This document shows, piece after piece, positions 1 through 9,649 of a DNA stretch of 64,000 bases (position 1 is its first letter; each line of letters starts with the position of its first letter). This DNA is from Bdellovibrionales bacterium (GTDB taxonomy: Bacteria; Bdellovibrionota; Bdellovibrionia; Bdellovibrionales; CAYMLA01). The stretch is taken from positions 2,048,001-2,112,000 of the forward strand of contig OZ244239.1 in assembly GCA_965217115.1 (NCBI GenBank), given 5' to 3'. The position numbers and the translations under genes are program-made. Below the pieces are notes generated by a model. The model was not told the origin of the DNA. It did not search any database and was given only the letters and a program-made list of their open reading frames with translations.

Positions 1-425
1 GTGGTCATTCCGGCCTCTCTGGCAGCTTCAAAGGCGTGGATAAGATTTTGAGAGTTGCCGCTGGTTGAGAGTCCAATGAGAATATCTCCTCTCTTGCCGA
101 GAGCTTCCACCTGGCGTGAAAAAACATATTCAAAGCCATAGTCATTAGAGACACAGGTCACGTGGCTAGGGTCTCCTAGAGCGATGGCCCCCAGGGGTTT
201 GCGATCCTTGCGGTAGCGACCTGTCATTTCCTCAGCAAAGTGCATGGCATCGCAATGACTGCCTCCGTTGCCACAGGAAAAAACAAGGTTTTTATTGGTC
301 CATGCTTCAATGAGAAGTTCAGAGAACTTTTGGCAATGATCCATAAATAACGGATCAGATAATGTCTTGTTGAGGACTTCTTGGGCTTCATTGAGAGAGT
401 GATGCCAGGTGGTTTTTAGATCCAA
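1..425 (-). CDS. gmhA: D-sedoheptulose-7-phosphate isomerase (3' end outside window)
   Basis: Not in the ORF track. Manual minus-strand translation from TTG at 425 (AGGAG upstream) gives [27 protein letters not shown]...[33 protein letters not shown], which carries the GmhA SIS-domain motifs. Confidence 0.93.
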   Translation of the reverse strand, partial: MDLKTTWHHSLNEAQEVLNKTLSDPLFMDHCQKFSELLIEAWTNKNLVFSCGNGGSHCDAMHFAEEMTGRYRKDRKPLGAIALGDPSHVTCVSNDYGFEYVFSRQVEALGKRGDILIGLSTSGNSQNLIHAFEAAREAGMT

Positions 426-484
426 AACTTTCTCCTTAAATAGGCTTGATTTTCAAAGTAAACCCGTCTAACTTCTTGCTTTCT

Positions 485-561
485 GCGCCTGTAGCTCAGC
501 TGGATAGAGTACATGACTACGAATCATGTGGTCGGAGGTTCGACTCCTTCCAGGCGCGCCA
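485..561 (+). tRNA. tRNA-Arg(ACG)
   Basis: GCGCCTGTAGCTCAGCTGGATAGAG...CATGA-CTACGAA-TCATG...GGTTCGACTCC...CAGGCGCGCCA. Cloverleaf with anticodon ACG and encoded CCA. Confidence 0.97.
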
Positions 562-713
562 TTCCCAAACTTTAAAAAAAAAAGAAACTCTGCCCCCAAA
601 AGACAGCGCGCTCTCTTTCTTCAAAACTACTCTGAAAAAGGCCTTTCTGTCAAAAGAAGCCTGCATTTTTTAGATAGTCCCCCAACCTCAGAAATGCTAG
701 TCTGTAGTGAATT

Positions 714-884
714 ATGGTGAGTTATATAATCAGTTTTGTATTTTTAATTCTAACCATCCCCATGGTTGAAGGTGAGGGCTGGTTTGGTGTGCCATTGTGG
801 GTGTTTTTTTCTCTGTTAGCGACGGTCTTTTATATTCTTAGTTTGCTTTTTATTATTGGTAAAAAATGGCATCAGCTGAAGTAA
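714..884 (+). CDS. small 2-TM membrane protein, probable accessory partner of the SSS symporter (YhdT/DUF3311-like)
   Basis: Manual translation MVSYIISFVFLILTIPMVEGEGWFGVPLWVFFSLLATVFYILSLLFIIGKKWHQLK (56 aa). It has a 'WFGVPLW' motif and overlaps the start of the symporter. Confidence 0.7.
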   Translation: MVSYIISFVFLILTIPMVEGEGWFGVPLWVFFSLLATVFYILSLLFIIGKKWHQLK

Positions 885-2314
885 TTTTCCAAAGCACGGG
901 CGATATTTCCTTTATTGTCTTGTACCTGTTATCGCTGATTGCCATTGGTTTTTACGGCAAGAGCAAGCGAGATAAAAACTCCTTAAATGATTTTTATCTG
1001 GGAGGGGGTTTTGGTTTTTTCCTGTTGTTCCTCACCTTTTATGCAACGCAATATAGTGGCAACACTATTATTGGACTCACTGGCAAGGCCTACCGTGAAG
1101 GGTGGTTGGGGTTAAACCTTGTTGTGTTTATGATTTCCGTTATTGGCGGTCTGTTGCTGTATGCTCCGAAACTATATCAACGGAGCCAGAGTAAAAAATA
1201 TCTAACCTTGAGTGATTACATTGATGATCGCTATGCCCACAGAGGATTGCAGTATTTAATTATTGCAGTTTGTGTCTTTGTCCTCGGAAATTATGTTCTG
1301 AGTAATTTAAAAGCGGTGGGCCATATTGTCAATACCATCTCTAATGGGCATATCAGTAACGCTTGGGGTATTTTTTCCCTCGCAGCCGTGATCCTCATCT
1401 ATGAGAGCTTAGGCGGCATACGTTCGGTTGTTTTAACAGATGCTCTGCAGGGGATTTTGTTGTTCATCACGATCCAAATTATTTTCTCTGTCGTGTTGTA
1501 TTACTATGTTCTATCGCCAGAAGTGGGGGCCGCTCCATTATCAGCCATCAACGGGAGCACCCTGCCTGATGGCAGTGGGCAGATAAAATGGATAAGCACT
1601 ATTATGCTTATCTTTTTCAGTATCGCCCTCTACCCCCATGCCGTGCAAAGAGTGCTCATGGCAAAGAGTGAGGCCGCTTTAAAAAATTCATTGAAGCTCA
1701 TGGTCATTGCCCCGTTGTTTACCACCCTGCCTTTGGTTCTCATTGCTATTATCGCGACCACAGTCCTGCCCAACTTGGATCAGGCATCGAGTGAGAATGT
1801 TCTGTTGCTCATGTTGATGCAGCTTAATCACATCCCGTGGATACATTGGGTGATTGTTCTATTTTTCTCAGCCGCATTGGCGGCCATTATGTCAACGATT
1901 GACTCAAGCAACCTAGCACTTAATTCAATTTTGATAAAAAACGTTTATTTGAAAATCAATCCAAAGGCAAAAAGCTCCAACATCATGGGGATGGTAAAAA
2001 TCATATCATTGACCATGATCATGTTCCTATCTTATTTGGCAGTGAGCATTGAGAGTTCAATCTGGACTATTCTAAAAATCAAATTAGAAATACTGGCACA
2101 ACTATTCCCAGCATTGACCTTAGGTCTGTGGCTCCCAAAACTTCGCGCAGAATCGGTGTTCTACGGCTTGATCGCCGGCTTAACACTGACATCTTATCTG
2201 CTTCTGTTTTCCGACACCCCCAAACCAATGCATATCCATGCAGGTCTGTGGGGCCTGCTACTCAACGTGATAACTCTTTGGATAAACCAACGACGCAAAC
2301 AACCCACTCGTTAA
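866..2314 (+). CDS. sodium:solute symporter (SSS, PanF/PutP-like)
   Basis: About 13 hydrophobic segments, with motifs 'DFYLGG', 'ATQYSGNT', 'GGIRSVVLTDALQG' and 'AAIMSTIDS'. Confidence 0.9.
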   Translation: MASAEVIFQSTGDISFIVLYLLSLIAIGFYGKSKRDKNSLNDFYLGGGFGFFLLFLTFYATQYSGNTIIGLTGKAYREGWLGLNLVVFMISVIGGLLLYAPKLYQRSQSKKYLTLSDYIDDRYAHRGLQYLIIAVCVFVLGNYVLSNLKAVGHIVNTISNGHISNAWGIFSLAAVILIYESLGGIRSVVLTDALQGILLFITIQIIFSVVLYYYVLSPEVGAAPLSAINGSTLPDGSGQIKWISTIMLIFFSIALYPHAVQRVLMAKSEAALKNSLKLMVIAPLFTTLPLVLIAIIATTVLPNLDQASSENVLLLMLMQLNHIPWIHWVIVLFFSAALAAIMSTIDSSNLALNSILIKNVYLKINPKAKSSNIMGMVKIISLTMIMFLSYLAVSIESSIWTILKIKLEILAQLFPALTLGLWLPKLRAESVFYGLIAGLTLTSYLLLFSDTPKPMHIHAGLWGLLLNVITLWINQRRKQPTR

Positions 2315-2510
2315 ACCGATAGGACGCAGCCTATTAAATATCCCCTCCCCCCATAAGCTCCAGATAAGCACCCCTTAGTCGTCTTTGCTTGTAGCCAAGA
2401 TTAAGTCCTTCCTTAAATCCACCCATGGGGTTAATATCACTCTATCCCGTGGTGGACTTTTAATTGAATAGCTCCTGCCAGAGGGTTATTAAACTATGGG
2501 CAAAGGTTAG

Positions 2511-5228
2511 ATGATGAGCACAAGAAGTATTACTGAAATTATTGAGGAATTACAAACGTATAAAAATTGTATTTTTCGCGGTGAAAATAAAAAATACGAT
2601 GAAGTATCATCAGCGCTATATCGAAAATTTAAGAAAGAAGGTGATATGTCTCATCTGTTTAAAATAGAGAAAGAGTCGATTGAAGATGCAAGGCCTCATA
2701 TTCCGATAGACACAGACATTGAAATTTTAGCTAAGTTACAGCGTGATGGAGGAAAAACGAATTTAATTGATTTTTCTTCTGATAAACTGGTTGCTTTATT
2801 TTTTGCTTGTAATGGTGAGTTTGAGGAAGATGGGAGAATCATTATTTTTAATAAATCTAAGGCAACGGAAAAAAAAATCATTGAGTATGAAGACAAAGAG
2901 CCTTATGGAATAGTGTTTTCTACCAGCAAAGAGGTACGAGCAATTGCTCAAAGCAATGTATTTATTCATGCAAAACAATGTTATATAAAGGAAGAGGATT
3001 ACATATCTGTTCCTATACAAAAAGAAGAAAAAAAAGCATTATTAAAAAGTTTAGATGAAGACTTTAATAAAAGTAAGGAGACTCTTTATAATGACTGGAT
3101 AAACTTTATTCAAAATCGAGATGATTATCTTGAGAAAGAAGTAGAGCGGCTTGAAAATTTAAATGATGACTCCTTAGGGAAAAACATAGAACTCATCAGG
3201 GGACATACAGAAATAAACCCTCAAAAGGCAAATGCATATAATATTCGGGGCAATAAGAAGCTTGCTTTAGGTGATAACAAAGGGGCAATAGCAGCTTTTG
3301 ATAAAGCCATAAAAATAAATTCTCAAGACAACGGTGCATACCATAGTCGAAGTATTGCAAAATTTGCTTTAGGAAAATATCAAGAGGCAGTAGAAGATTG
3401 TGATAAGGTCATAGAAATAAACTCTCAAGATGCGATTTCATATATTAACCGAGGTTTAGCAAGATTTACTTTAGGCGATAGCAAGGGAGCAATAGAAGAT
3501 CTTAATAAAGCCATAGAACTAAATCCTCAAAATGCCAATGCATATAATATTCGAGGCGCTATAAGGTTTGCTTTAGGTGATAAAAACGGGGCACTAGCAG
3601 ATTATGATAAATCCATAGGAATAGATCCTCAAAAGGCCAAGGTATACTATAATCGAGGCATTGTAAAGGTTGAGTTAGGTGATAAGAAAGGTGCAATAGT
3701 AGATTATGATAAATCCATAGGAATAGATCCTCAAAATGCCCTTACATATAATAACCGAGGCAATGCAAAGCTTAGATTAGGTGAGAATCTAGGGGCACTA
3801 GCAGATTATAATAAAGCCATAGAGTTAGATCCTCAACTTGCAATGGCATACGTTAACCGAGGCAATGCAAAGGCTGAGTTAGGTGAGAATCAAGAGGCAA
3901 TAGTAGATTTTGATAAAGCCATAGAGTTAAATCCTCAACTTCCAGAAGCATATGCTAGCCGAGGCAGTGTAAATGGTGATTTAGGTAATAAGAAATGGGC
4001 ACTAGCAGATTTTGATAAAGCCATAGAAATAAACCCTGATCTTGCAGAGGCATATGCTAGCCGAGGCATTGTAAAGGATGGTTTAGGTGATAATGAAGGG
4101 GCACTAGCAGATTATAATAAAGCTATAGAACTAGGTCCTAAATATGCAATGGCGTACTTTAACCGAGGCGTTACAAAGTTTAAATTAGATGATAATGAAG
4201 GGGCACTAGCAGATTATAATAAAGCCATAGAGCTAAACCCTAATTTTGCGGAGGCATATAATAATCGAGGCAATGCAAAGTTAAAATTAGGTGATAATCC
4301 AGGGGCAACAGCAGATTTTGATAAAGCGATAGAACTAAACCCTCAACTTGCCAATGCATACTATAGCCGAGGTAATACAAAGTTTGTTTCAAGTGATAAA
4401 AACGGTGCAATAGTAGATTTGAATAAAGCCATAGAACTAAATCCTGAATATGTAGAGGCGTACTGTAATCGAGGCATTGCAAAAGCTGATTTAGGTAATA
4501 ATCAAGAGGCAATAATAGATTTTGATAAAGCGATAGAACTAAACCTTCAACTTGCCAGTGCATACTATAACCGAGGCAAGGCAAAGTTTGCTTTATATGA
4601 TAAGAAAGGGGCGATAGCAGATTATAATAAAGCCATAGAACTAAATCCTGAATATGCAGAAGCATACTGTAGTCGAGGCATTGTAAAAGTTAAGTTAGGT
4701 GATAATCAAGGAGCAATAGCAGATTTTGATAAAGCCATAGAGCTAAACCCTAATTTTGCGGAGGCATATAATAATCGAGGCAATGCAAAGCTTGGATTAA
4801 ATGATAAGGAAGGGGCAATAGTAGATTTTGATAAAGCGATAGAACTAAACCCTCAATTTGCCAGTGCATACTATAGCCGAGGTAATGCAAAGACTGTTTC
4901 AGGTAATAATAAAGGGGCAATAGTAGATTATGATAAAGCCATAAAAATAAATCCTCACTTTGCAGAGGCATACTGTAATCGAGGTAATGCAAAGGTTGTT
5001 TTAGGTAATAATAAAGGGGCAATAGTAGATTATGATAAAGCCATAAAAATAAATCCTCACTTTGCAGAGGCATATTGTAACCGATCTATTGTAAAGTTTA
5101 ATTTAGGCATTAGAAATATAGCAATCGCAGAGTTGACACAAGCAAAAATATTCTTTGAAAAACAAGGAGACACGGAAGCAGTTGCTAAAATAGAACAGAC
5201 TTTACAAAAACTAAAAAATAGCAATTAA
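2511..5228 (+). CDS. FRG-domain protein with 19 C-terminal TPR repeats
   Basis: N-terminal 'IFRGE' and 'LQRDGGKTNLIDFSSDKLVALFFAC' (FRG-like), followed by 19 34-aa repeats of the type AYxNRGxAKxxLGDxxGAIxDxDKAIELNP. Confidence 0.88.
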   Translation: MMSTRSITEIIEELQTYKNCIFRGENKKYDEVSSALYRKFKKEGDMSHLFKIEKESIEDARPHIPIDTDIEILAKLQRDGGKTNLIDFSSDKLVALFFACNGEFEEDGRIIIFNKSKATEKKIIEYEDKEPYGIVFSTSKEVRAIAQSNVFIHAKQCYIKEEDYISVPIQKEEKKALLKSLDEDFNKSKETLYNDWINFIQNRDDYLEKEVERLENLNDDSLGKNIELIRGHTEINPQKANAYNIRGNKKLALGDNKGAIAAFDKAIKINSQDNGAYHSRSIAKFALGKYQEAVEDCDKVIEINSQDAISYINRGLARFTLGDSKGAIEDLNKAIELNPQNANAYNIRGAIRFALGDKNGALADYDKSIGIDPQKAKVYYNRGIVKVELGDKKGAIVDYDKSIGIDPQNALTYNNRGNAKLRLGENLGALADYNKAIELDPQLAMAYVNRGNAKAELGENQEAIVDFDKAIELNPQLPEAYASRGSVNGDLGNKKWALADFDKAIEINPDLAEAYASRGIVKDGLGDNEGALADYNKAIELGPKYAMAYFNRGVTKFKLDDNEGALADYNKAIELNPNFAEAYNNRGNAKLKLGDNPGATADFDKAIELNPQLANAYYSRGNTKFVSSDKNGAIVDLNKAIELNPEYVEAYCNRGIAKADLGNNQEAIIDFDKAIELNLQLASAYYNRGKAKFALYDKKGAIADYNKAIELNPEYAEAYCSRGIVKVKLGDNQGAIADFDKAIELNPNFAEAYNNRGNAKLGLNDKEGAIVDFDKAIELNPQFASAYYSRGNAKTVSGNNKGAIVDYDKAIKINPHFAEAYCNRGNAKVVLGNNKGAIVDYDKAIKINPHFAEAYCNRSIVKFNLGIRNIAIAELTQAKIFFEKQGDTEAVAKIEQTLQKLKNSN
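3228..5165 (+). repeat. 102-bp coding tandem repeats (TPR array)
   Basis: Recurrent units such as GCAGATTATAATAAAGCCATAGAACTAAATCCT at a 102-bp period. The last two units are nearly identical. Confidence 0.9.
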
Positions 5229-5525
5229 CTAAAAAAAGCAAGGAGGGTTTCTTTTTAGTTTCACCATATTTTAATCTGCAGCGTAGCCTCTAAGCAAGAA
5301 ACCTCTAATAAAAAAAAATTACCAGCTTGGCAACCTCGTCATCTTTCCCCCGTTTTCCGAGGTGAGCTATTTGGCTTCCACCGCAAGTAAACAAGACTGC
5401 AATGGCAGAGTAATATTTACATCATCACGCTTTGATTAATTGGATAAGTGAATGTTTTTCTTGAGTGTAGGAGAAGTTCCTGCTAATTTCCGCGACTTGA
5501 TAAATTCCTAAGCTATTGGGATGAA

Positions 5526-6464
5526 ATGTATTATGATGGAGCGTTTTCTATGTTAGTGATGAGACCTTTTTTTATATTGTGCTTGTATTGTGTTTTTCCA
5601 ATATCAATTCAAGCTCAAATTGTAGTAAAAAGCATTAGTAAAAGTCGGAACAGGATTGTTGTTAGTGGAATTGGCGACTTAGTAAAAGGCGAGACCCTTT
5701 CCCACAGTGATGAATTCGAAGAAGTGTGCCCAGCGACAGTCGTCAGTTTATTAAAAGAGAAGAAGGAGCCTTTAGCGATTTTAGATATTTCTTTGTGTAG
5801 CAACAAGGTGTCCATTGAAAAAGGTTCAGTTTTTCAAAGAGACAAGGATGATTTGTTGAAAGAAGGGGGAAAAGCTGGGCGGCCTGTTTCACCAGCCCCC
5901 TCAGAGGATGGAAAGAACCCGACGATTAATGAATCTTGGTATGCCCTTTGGAGTTTCGGAGGATCAGATATTTCTTATAACCCCACGGGAACCAATGATG
6001 TCTTGGAACAGGTAGAAGAAGATCCAGGGGTATCACGGGGGGAAATCAATTTTGATTTTTTTGGATTTTATTGGCCTTTAAAAGAGAAAAAGGTAATACG
6101 CGGTTTTGTTATTAACGTTATATCAGATTCATTTAAGTCCAATGGCAGTGAAGTGACCCTTCGCCATAATTTATATTCTTATAGTGTCCTTGGTTTTACT
6201 GGAGATAATATTGGAGATAAATGGTTTTGGCGTGTTGATATCGGTCTAAATAAATCAAGCCTTGATATCTCAGGTGGCGAAACACCCATAGAGGCTTCAT
6301 CTCGTAATTTTGAACTTGGTTATTTACTAGGGGGAGGATATGCATATCCCCTTGGTCCAGGGACCAGGTTATTGACTGGAATTTATTACACGCATCGCAG
6401 AATTAATAGAAACAGGGGAACCAGTATAAGAGCTGTGAACGTCAATGTGGGCTTTTTATTTTAA
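5526..6464 (+). CDS. secreted protein with C-terminal outer-membrane beta-barrel
   Basis: Signal peptide (start may be 5550 or 5559), amphipathic beta-strands and a terminal Phe (VNVGFLF). Confidence 0.65.
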   Translation: MYYDGAFSMLVMRPFFILCLYCVFPISIQAQIVVKSISKSRNRIVVSGIGDLVKGETLSHSDEFEEVCPATVVSLLKEKKEPLAILDISLCSNKVSIEKGSVFQRDKDDLLKEGGKAGRPVSPAPSEDGKNPTINESWYALWSFGGSDISYNPTGTNDVLEQVEEDPGVSRGEINFDFFGFYWPLKEKKVIRGFVINVISDSFKSNGSEVTLRHNLYSYSVLGFTGDNIGDKWFWRVDIGLNKSSLDISGGETPIEASSRNFELGYLLGGGYAYPLGPGTRLLTGIYYTHRRINRNRGTSIRAVNVNVGFLF

Positions 6465-6521
6465 TGAATGGTCTTCAGTCAAGAGAGCCTCAACTTTTCG
6501 AGGTGAGCTATTTATTTAAGG

Positions 6522-7394
6522 CTATTGTTTATCTCTACCAAAGAGAGTGCCCCCATCATCAGGGTGAATATCGTCTGAATCACTGATGGAAACTCCCCTT
6601 AACTTGGCCTTTAAGGCGGTTTTATGGGCCAAAAAGAATTCTGAAGATGATTGAAGATAACCTCCCGATAAGAGATATGCCTGGAACTCATTTTTGATGA
6701 GAAAATCATTGCTTTCATCATATGGAATGGGGAAACCTTTTTTAAAGATCTTTTTTTCCTCAATGTTAAGCCCCTCCCAGTATTTATCTACAATACGACG
6801 ATACTCAAGATTTAGAAAATATTGAGCATGGAGAAACTCATGATTAATGGTTCTCTTATAAAATAAAAATGGTCGAATGAAGGTGGCAATGAGGACAAAA
6901 TCAGAATCAGAGTCTAAAAACGGGTTTAATTTTGTAAATAATGCTGATTCAGCCCCGTTAAGGCAGTATGACCGATCCTCTGGACACTTTTCATTGACGA
7001 CTTTTAAAAAAGTCTTAAGATCTTTTTTTTGCAAATCATGCCCAAGAAGAAGCCTCTTTTTACTGACGAGAGGATGGGTTGTTTTTATTAAGGTCCCAGT
7101 TTTAATATCAAACAACCCTTCAACAAATACCGAGGCTCTTGTGAGGGCAGAGTTCATTGTCCCAGAGAGGTAACTTTGGCAAATCAGCACTCTTAACTCT
7201 TTAGTCTCGCTACATTGAGTGGAGTGAACATTGCCTGCATGGTCGTTTTTAACATCATTAATATACTTTAAATACCAAGAGTGAAGGTCACTTGATACGG
7301 AAATTGGCCGTTCCGATATGAAAACTTTATAGCCTGGTGTTGAGGCTAGGGAGCTAGAGAGTGACAAGAGGAATACCAAGAATAGACCCTTCAT
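6522..7394 (-). CDS. secreted hypothetical protein with HExxH zincin-like motif
   Basis: Signal peptide MKGLFLVFLLSLSSSLA, 'INHEFLHAQY' and a downstream 'NEFQAY'. Confidence 0.65.
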   Translation of the reverse strand: MKGLFLVFLLSLSSSLASTPGYKVFISERPISVSSDLHSWYLKYINDVKNDHAGNVHSTQCSETKELRVLICQSYLSGTMNSALTRASVFVEGLFDIKTGTLIKTTHPLVSKKRLLLGHDLQKKDLKTFLKVVNEKCPEDRSYCLNGAESALFTKLNPFLDSDSDFVLIATFIRPFLFYKRTINHEFLHAQYFLNLEYRRIVDKYWEGLNIEEKKIFKKGFPIPYDESNDFLIKNEFQAYLLSGGYLQSSSEFFLAHKTALKAKLRGVSISDSDDIHPDDGGTLFGRDKQ

Positions 7395-7832
7395 TTTAAC
7401 TTCCCCTCATAGTTAAGACTGTTAGTATCTTTATCTTATAGAACAGGGAATTGAAGTATCATATTCCATATTGTGCAGTTATTATTTTTTCTATTTTTCA
7501 TCTAAGAGTAAATTTTACAATACTAAAAGACGGGGAGGGACCCATTGCCCCAGCGACTGATTATTTAAACCTAGTGGCATAGAATTAGCTCTCTCTTCCA
7601 TAACCATAGAAATCTTCTTCCTCGAATGGGGAAGAGAGTCGCCCGTTGACTATGCCCCGAAGTGAGGATTTTGGCTTTAGATGAGTTCTTTAAATTAATT
7701 GCCGCAAAGACTTGTGAAGAGATAAAATGGGTAACCACAGATCAGCATGAAGGTGACGGCCCATCGATCTGTTTGAGCCATTTGAAAAAGAGTTCAAGTT
7801 TATAGCCTCAAACCGAGATAATCTCCATAATT

Positions 7833-7884
7833 ATGCTCTATATAGCATGTTTATCTTGAATTTTAATGCTTTTTATAGCATAAT
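7833..7884 (+). promoter_or_regulatory. twin palindromic operators ATGCT-N6-AGCAT overlapping a sigma70-like promoter (copy 1)
   Basis: ATGCTCTATATAGCAT (7833-7848) and ATGCTTTTTATAGCAT (7866-7881). TTGAAT-17-CATAAT lies 7 nt before ATG 7892. Confidence 0.7.
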
Positions 7885-7891
7885 ACTCTGT

Positions 7892-8368
7892 ATGGATAAT
7901 AAAAAGAAAAGAACTTTAAATCAAAGGGAGATCATTGATAGGAAATCAGGGAAGTGGCTAGGTTTACGAACTGAACCCGCTCCTCGTTCTGGTTGGCTAA
8001 AGGCCATACGAGGTTCACTGGGAATCAGTAGCTCCCAGCTAGCGAAGCTCATGGGTATTCATCAAGCCAACGTCACTCGACTGGAAAAGCGTGAGGCAAA
8101 AGGCACAGCAAGCTTTGAATCTATAAACCAAGCAGCAAAGGCTATGAATTGTAAAGTTATTTACGCCATTGTTCCCGATGATAATTATCAGGACCTTGAA
8201 GAAATAATGACAGAAAAGTCTAATAATCTAGCACAAATAACTTTAGAAAAGTTAGAGCACAGCATGGAACTTGAAAAACAGGGTTCTGGCGTCAGCTCAT
8301 CTGACATAAAAAAACTATCGAATGAGCTAAAAATAAATTTAGACCCACGCTTATGGGACAATAAATAA
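7892..8368 (+). CDS. mobile mystery protein A (XRE-type HTH), copy 1
   Basis: 'PRSGWLKAIRGSLGISSSQLAKLMGIHQANVTRLEKRE...AMNCKVIYAIVP...HSMELEKQ...PRLWD' matches the TIGR02612 pattern. Start reassigned to ATG 7892. Confidence 0.88.
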   Translation: MDNKKKRTLNQREIIDRKSGKWLGLRTEPAPRSGWLKAIRGSLGISSSQLAKLMGIHQANVTRLEKREAKGTASFESINQAAKAMNCKVIYAIVPDDNYQDLEEIMTEKSNNLAQITLEKLEHSMELEKQGSGVSSSDIKKLSNELKINLDPRLWDNK

Positions 8369-8370
8369 CC

Positions 8371-8620
8371 ATGGCTAAATTTAAAATTAAGAACGAACAA
8401 GGAGCCACGCCTCTTAACCCAGATGAACGAGCAGATTTAATTCCTGATTATATTTCCACCCAAGAGGAATTAAATAGGTTAGAGAGAAAAAACATTTTAG
8501 AGGCAGAAAAATGGCTTAATAAAAAGAAAGAGTTTTTGTTAAATGTTAGTTTTATCCTAAGTGTTCATAAAAAATGGGAGAAAAGATATTTCTAGATTAT
8601 TAAAATTTGCAAAAAGCTAG
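8371..8620 (+). pseudogene. mobile mystery protein B (Fic family) with internal deletion, copy 1
   Basis: The N-terminus 'GATPLNPDERADLIPDYISTQEELNRLERKNI' is joined out of frame to a C-terminal-like remnant KDISRLLKFAKS* (8582-8620). The Fic HPFxxGNGR core is absent. Confidence 0.8.
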
Positions 8621-8848
8621 ATTAACTAGATATCGTAATTTATAAACTAATTCGTGCTATCAGGCCTTTAGTTAAGAGGGGTGTTATTGTAAATATTTCT
8701 CACTGGGGGACTGGGGGAAGTGAATAATAGCGGAGAATCGTCTTTTTTCATTGAGAGACGGATTTCTTATTGTAAATTTAAGATCTTCCAGTAAATAGCT
8801 ATCATCAAACATATTTATGAAAAAAACATTAATGGAATGGGAGGAAAA

Positions 8849-9289
8849 ATGAAAATATTGAGTTTGTTTGTTTTAATGGCCTTTTTTGCTAGCATATCAA
8901 ATGCGGCTTCAGAGCTAAGTTTTCCATTGAATTGCGAAACTGAAGGAAGGCAGCCTTATGTAAAAATGCAGCTGTGGATGCATCTGCATATCGTTGTTTT
9001 GCCTTTGTCGGAAGAACAAAAAGGTTTTAATCGTGTCTTAATATCAGCAAATCTCTGTCCTATCTCTGGCACGGGTTTTTGTAAAAACCATAAAGATTGG
9101 TTTTATGGGACTCATAAAAAAGTTGGCTCTAAAATTATTGTAGAAAGCATTAGAGCAGATGGAAGTCGTTTGGAAATAGATGTCAAAACTAAGACAGGCT
9201 TTGTTATCTTAGATGACAACGATCGCGTTGGACGGATTGCTCGCGAAGTCGTCACTTCCTCAGTTGGAATGAAAATCAGCTGTCAATAA
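8849..9289 (+). CDS. secreted hypothetical protein
   Basis: GGAGG RBS before ATG 8849; signal peptide MKILSLFVLMAFFASISNA. Confidence 0.7.
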   Translation: MKILSLFVLMAFFASISNAASELSFPLNCETEGRQPYVKMQLWMHLHIVVLPLSEEQKGFNRVLISANLCPISGTGFCKNHKDWFYGTHKKVGSKIIVESIRADGSRLEIDVKTKTGFVILDDNDRVGRIAREVVTSSVGMKISCQ

Positions 9290-9590
9290 GACCTGAATGA
9301 ACGGATTTATTCTCGACCACTCGATTTTAAAATCGAGTTCACCCATAGAGACAATAAAATTTCATTGAAGCGAAAGGGCCATAATAATTGGTCCTTTTGT
9401 TTTTTAGTTTTCTAAATCCACGCTATTCAGCGCCGTCTTCCCTAGAATCACCATTGCGAGACCCAAACCGTGCTGGACACATCGAAATTTAAAGGGGCTT
9501 ATTAAGAATATTCTCCCCATGGGGTGATCTTTTTCTGTATGAGCCATTTGAGAAGTTTGTAGCCTCAACTCAAGACAACACCCCATAAAT

Positions 9591-9642
9591 ATGCTCTATA
9601 TAGCATATTTACCTTGAGTTTTAATGCTTTTTATAGCATAAT
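9591..9642 (+). promoter_or_regulatory. twin palindromic operators ATGCT-N6-AGCAT (copy 2)
   Basis: Same two boxes at 9591-9606 and 9624-9639, with the same 33-bp spacing as copy 1. Confidence 0.7.
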
Positions 9643-9649
9643 ACTATGT

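Noticed and set aside
446..720. ORFs 446-673 and 526-720
   Set aside because: They overlap tRNA-Arg and are spurious translations.
4240..5073. Minus-strand repetitive ORFs (141 aa and 107 aa)
   Set aside because: Antisense shadows of the TPR array.
3228..5165. Regular repeats that could suggest a CRISPR array or a DGR template
   Set aside because: They are in-frame 102-bp TPR coding repeats. There are no unique spacers, cas genes or reverse transcriptase.
5320..5440. Possible riboswitch or 5S rRNA fragment
   Set aside because: Conserved cores (for example c-di-GMP-I GGCAAA...GACGCAAAG, or 5S motifs) were not found. It may be a coding remnant.
7575..7590. TGGCATAGAATTAGCT sigma-54-like motif on the + strand
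   Set aside because: The -12 element is weak and there is no suitably placed downstream gene.
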